IMG/VR virus record: IMGVR_UViG_3300032232_000272
DNA: 64,000 nucleotides
Direction: 5' to 3' (one strand)
Origin: an uncultured virus (IMG/VR IMGVR_UViG_3300032232_000272)
Taxonomy: Duplodnaviria > Heunggongvirae > Uroviricota > Caudoviricetes
Shown: one piece after another, positions 62,187-64,000 of the stretch
Numbering within the stretch: position 1 is the stretch's first letter
Layout: each line of letters opens with the position of its first letter
Translations under genes and position numbers: made by a program
Notes under the pieces: model-generated
Databases searched by the model: none
What the model saw: only the letters and a program-made list of their open reading frames with translations
Told to the model about the DNA's origin: nothing

Positions 62187-63326
62187 ATGGCAAGTACATT
62201 TTCACCATCACTACGCATCGAGCTAATCGGTGACGGCGACCAATCTGGTATTTGGGGTCAAACCACTAATACCAACCTAGGAACCCTTATAGAACAAGGC
62301 ATTACAGGCGTTCAGGGTATTACCATGGTAAATGCTACCTACACGCTGACTAACTTTAACGGGGTGTCAGACGAGGCACGAAACGCTGTACTGGTCGTTA
62401 CTGGCACAAACACCGCCCAACGAGACATAATCGCTCCTCTGGTAGAAAAGACTTACATTATTTATAACAACACTACAGGCGGCTTTGCCATACGTATTAT
62501 TGGTGCTTCTGGGCTTGGCGTAGTTATTCCTAACGGCATTACAGCGTTTGTTTATTGTGATGGCACAAACTTCTACAACGCCATATCTGGTTCGGTAGGT
62601 AACTTCACGGTTAATGGCAATTTAGCAGTTACTGGCACAACGGCTTTAACAGGCGCTACAACACTTTCTGCTGCTTTAACTTATGGCGGCGTAGCTTTAT
62701 CTAACTCGGTTACAGGCACTGGAAGCATGGTTTTATCTGCTTCGCCAACATTTACTGGGGTACCTGCGGCACCAACCGCAGCAGCTGGAACTAACACTAC
62801 TCAGATCGCTACAACGGCTTTTGTAGCCCAGAATGCTGTTTTATCTGGCGCTTTGTTAATGTGGCCCACTGCTTCTGCGCCAACTGGATATTTGCTTTGC
62901 GATGGTACTGCGGTATCTCGTACAACCTATGCGGCGCTATTTGCGGTTATTGGCACTACATTTGGAGCGGGCGATACAACAACTACTTTTAATCTGCCAG
63001 ATTATCGTGGAAGAATGCCTATCGGAGTAAGCGGTTCTTACGCTTTAGCGGCAACGGGTGGAGCAGCAACTACAACATTAAGTACTCCTAATTTACCTTC
63101 GCATACCCACTCTATTACAGATCCGGGGCATAGCCATGGTGTTCTTACCTATCGTGGTAGTGGCCCAGAAAACTGGATTAGTGGTTCTTTTTCTGCGTCT
63201 CCAGTAAATACATACACAACAAATTCAGCAGTTACCGGCATTACAGCAACGGATGCAACAGGTTCTGGTACAGCGGCAACAACGATTTCTCCGTACCTTG
63301 CAATTAACTTCATCATCAAAACCTAA
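62187..63326 (+). CDS. Tail collar domain protein
   Basis: APTGYLLCDGTAVSRTTYAALFAVIG...FNLPDYRGR; NFIIKT end. Confidence 0.85.
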   Translation: MASTFSPSLRIELIGDGDQSGIWGQTTNTNLGTLIEQGITGVQGITMVNATYTLTNFNGVSDEARNAVLVVTGTNTAQRDIIAPLVEKTYIIYNNTTGGFAIRIIGASGLGVVIPNGITAFVYCDGTNFYNAISGSVGNFTVNGNLAVTGTTALTGATTLSAALTYGGVALSNSVTGTGSMVLSASPTFTGVPAAPTAAAGTNTTQIATTAFVAQNAVLSGALLMWPTASAPTGYLLCDGTAVSRTTYAALFAVIGTTFGAGDTTTTFNLPDYRGRMPIGVSGSYALAATGGAATTTLSTPNLPSHTHSITDPGHSHGVLTYRGSGPENWISGSFSASPVNTYTTNSAVTGITATDATGSGTAATTISPYLAINFIIKT

Positions 63327-63344
63327 AGGTGCGAACAGTGGATC

Positions 63345-63797
63345 ATGGCGGACGAACTGGGGTTAGCGGCTGGTGCCAAGGGGATCAGCGAAGGGTTTAA
63401 GACTGGGCGAGAAGCCGGTAAAGAGATTGGTAAGAACATCGAGGATGTTCAGAAGGAAGCAGTAGATTTAGCAAGGCAGCAAGCGAATGCAAAGATTCGT
63501 GAGCGCAGAGAAGCAGAGTTAAGGAAAGAGCGGGCGATATTTAAAGCCCTTGAAGAGTACCGGCACCGTAAGAAAATATCGGATGAAGAGTACAAATTAA
63601 GGGTGGATTTTATAAAGCAACACGGCACCAAAGAGTGGCAAAAGGTGCTAGACATCAAGACGGAAATTGAGCGTCTTGAGAAAGAAGATAAGAAGTATTT
63701 TGATGCAGAGTTGGCAAAGGTTAAATGGGTGCAGTTCTGGTGCTTTATGGTGGCTGCTTGGATTGCTTATTACATAGTGTGGGGGTCTAAAAGATGA
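63345..63797 (+). CDS. Coiled-coil protein with C-terminal TM helix
   Basis: Charged helix then WVQFWCFMVAAWIAYYIVW. Confidence 0.55.
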   Translation: MADELGLAAGAKGISEGFKTGREAGKEIGKNIEDVQKEAVDLARQQANAKIRERREAELRKERAIFKALEEYRHRKKISDEEYKLRVDFIKQHGTKEWQKVLDIKTEIERLEKEDKKYFDAELAKVKWVQFWCFMVAAWIAYYIVWGSKR

Positions 63798-64000
63798 ATA
63801 TGCAAGACGTACTAAAGGCGGTTATTCCGATTCTTGTAGCCTGTATAGCGTGGCTACTCGGTCAGGTTTCTTCATTTCAGACCCGCCTAACCCAGATTGA
63901 AGGCAAGATGCCAGCGTTGATTACTAGCGAAGGCATACCAACAGACAGCCCTATTTCAGCCGAGCGTAGAGCAAAGATGCGTGAAGAACTGTACAAAGAA
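63794..64000 (+). CDS. Membrane-anchored protein, 3'-truncated
   Basis: ATGA overlap; MNMQDVLKAVIPILVACIAWLLG...; open to the window end. Confidence 0.5.
   Translation, partial: MNMQDVLKAVIPILVACIAWLLGQVSSFQTRLTQIEGKMPALITSEGIPTDSPISAERRAKMREELYKE

Noticed and set aside
1..64000. Stop-codon reassignment, introns or inteins
   Set aside because: Standard code gives dense full-length genes using all three stops; terL, helicase and capsid are uninterrupted and of normal size

Overview
The window is most of a circularly permuted tailed dsDNA phage genome with podovirus-like (P22/T7-style ejection protein) architecture. It starts inside a tail gene and ends in tail/membrane genes. Layout: 1-15.6 kb (+) tail, ejection proteins, SLT transglycosylase, a 2001-aa polyvalent protein, phosphoesterase, HExxH peptidase; 15.7-25.7 kb (-) recombination/modification arm (PAPS-reductase family, ERF, exonuclease, glycosyltransferases, methyltransferase); 25.8-32.2 kb (+) RusA, ParB-like, SF2 helicase, C5-methyltransferase, Toprim primase; 32.1-37.6 kb (-) small early genes; 37.8-64 kb (+) terminases, portal, GroES-like, scaffold, capsid, small basic proteins, neck and many tail fibres. 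No integrase, CI-type repressor, DNA polymerase, tRNA or CRISPR array was seen. CTGT-N8-ACAG SOS boxes and a PhaR-like box suggest a betaproteobacterial host (inference). Main signals, all from manual reading and needing computational confirmation: (1) a type I hammerhead ribozyme between early genes; (2) a ~300-nt promoter-preceded RNA with several potential pseudoknots ahead of the replication genes; (3) a ~7.5-kb zone apparently free of AGCT/GTAC/ACGT, bounded by a two-chain, multi-TRD methyltransferase; (4) an SOS-box-preceded small RNA complementary to a phage start codon; (5) a structured RNA after the capsid gene; (6) a shared x-GG peptide motif in putative internal virion proteins; (7) two recurring DNA palindromes.
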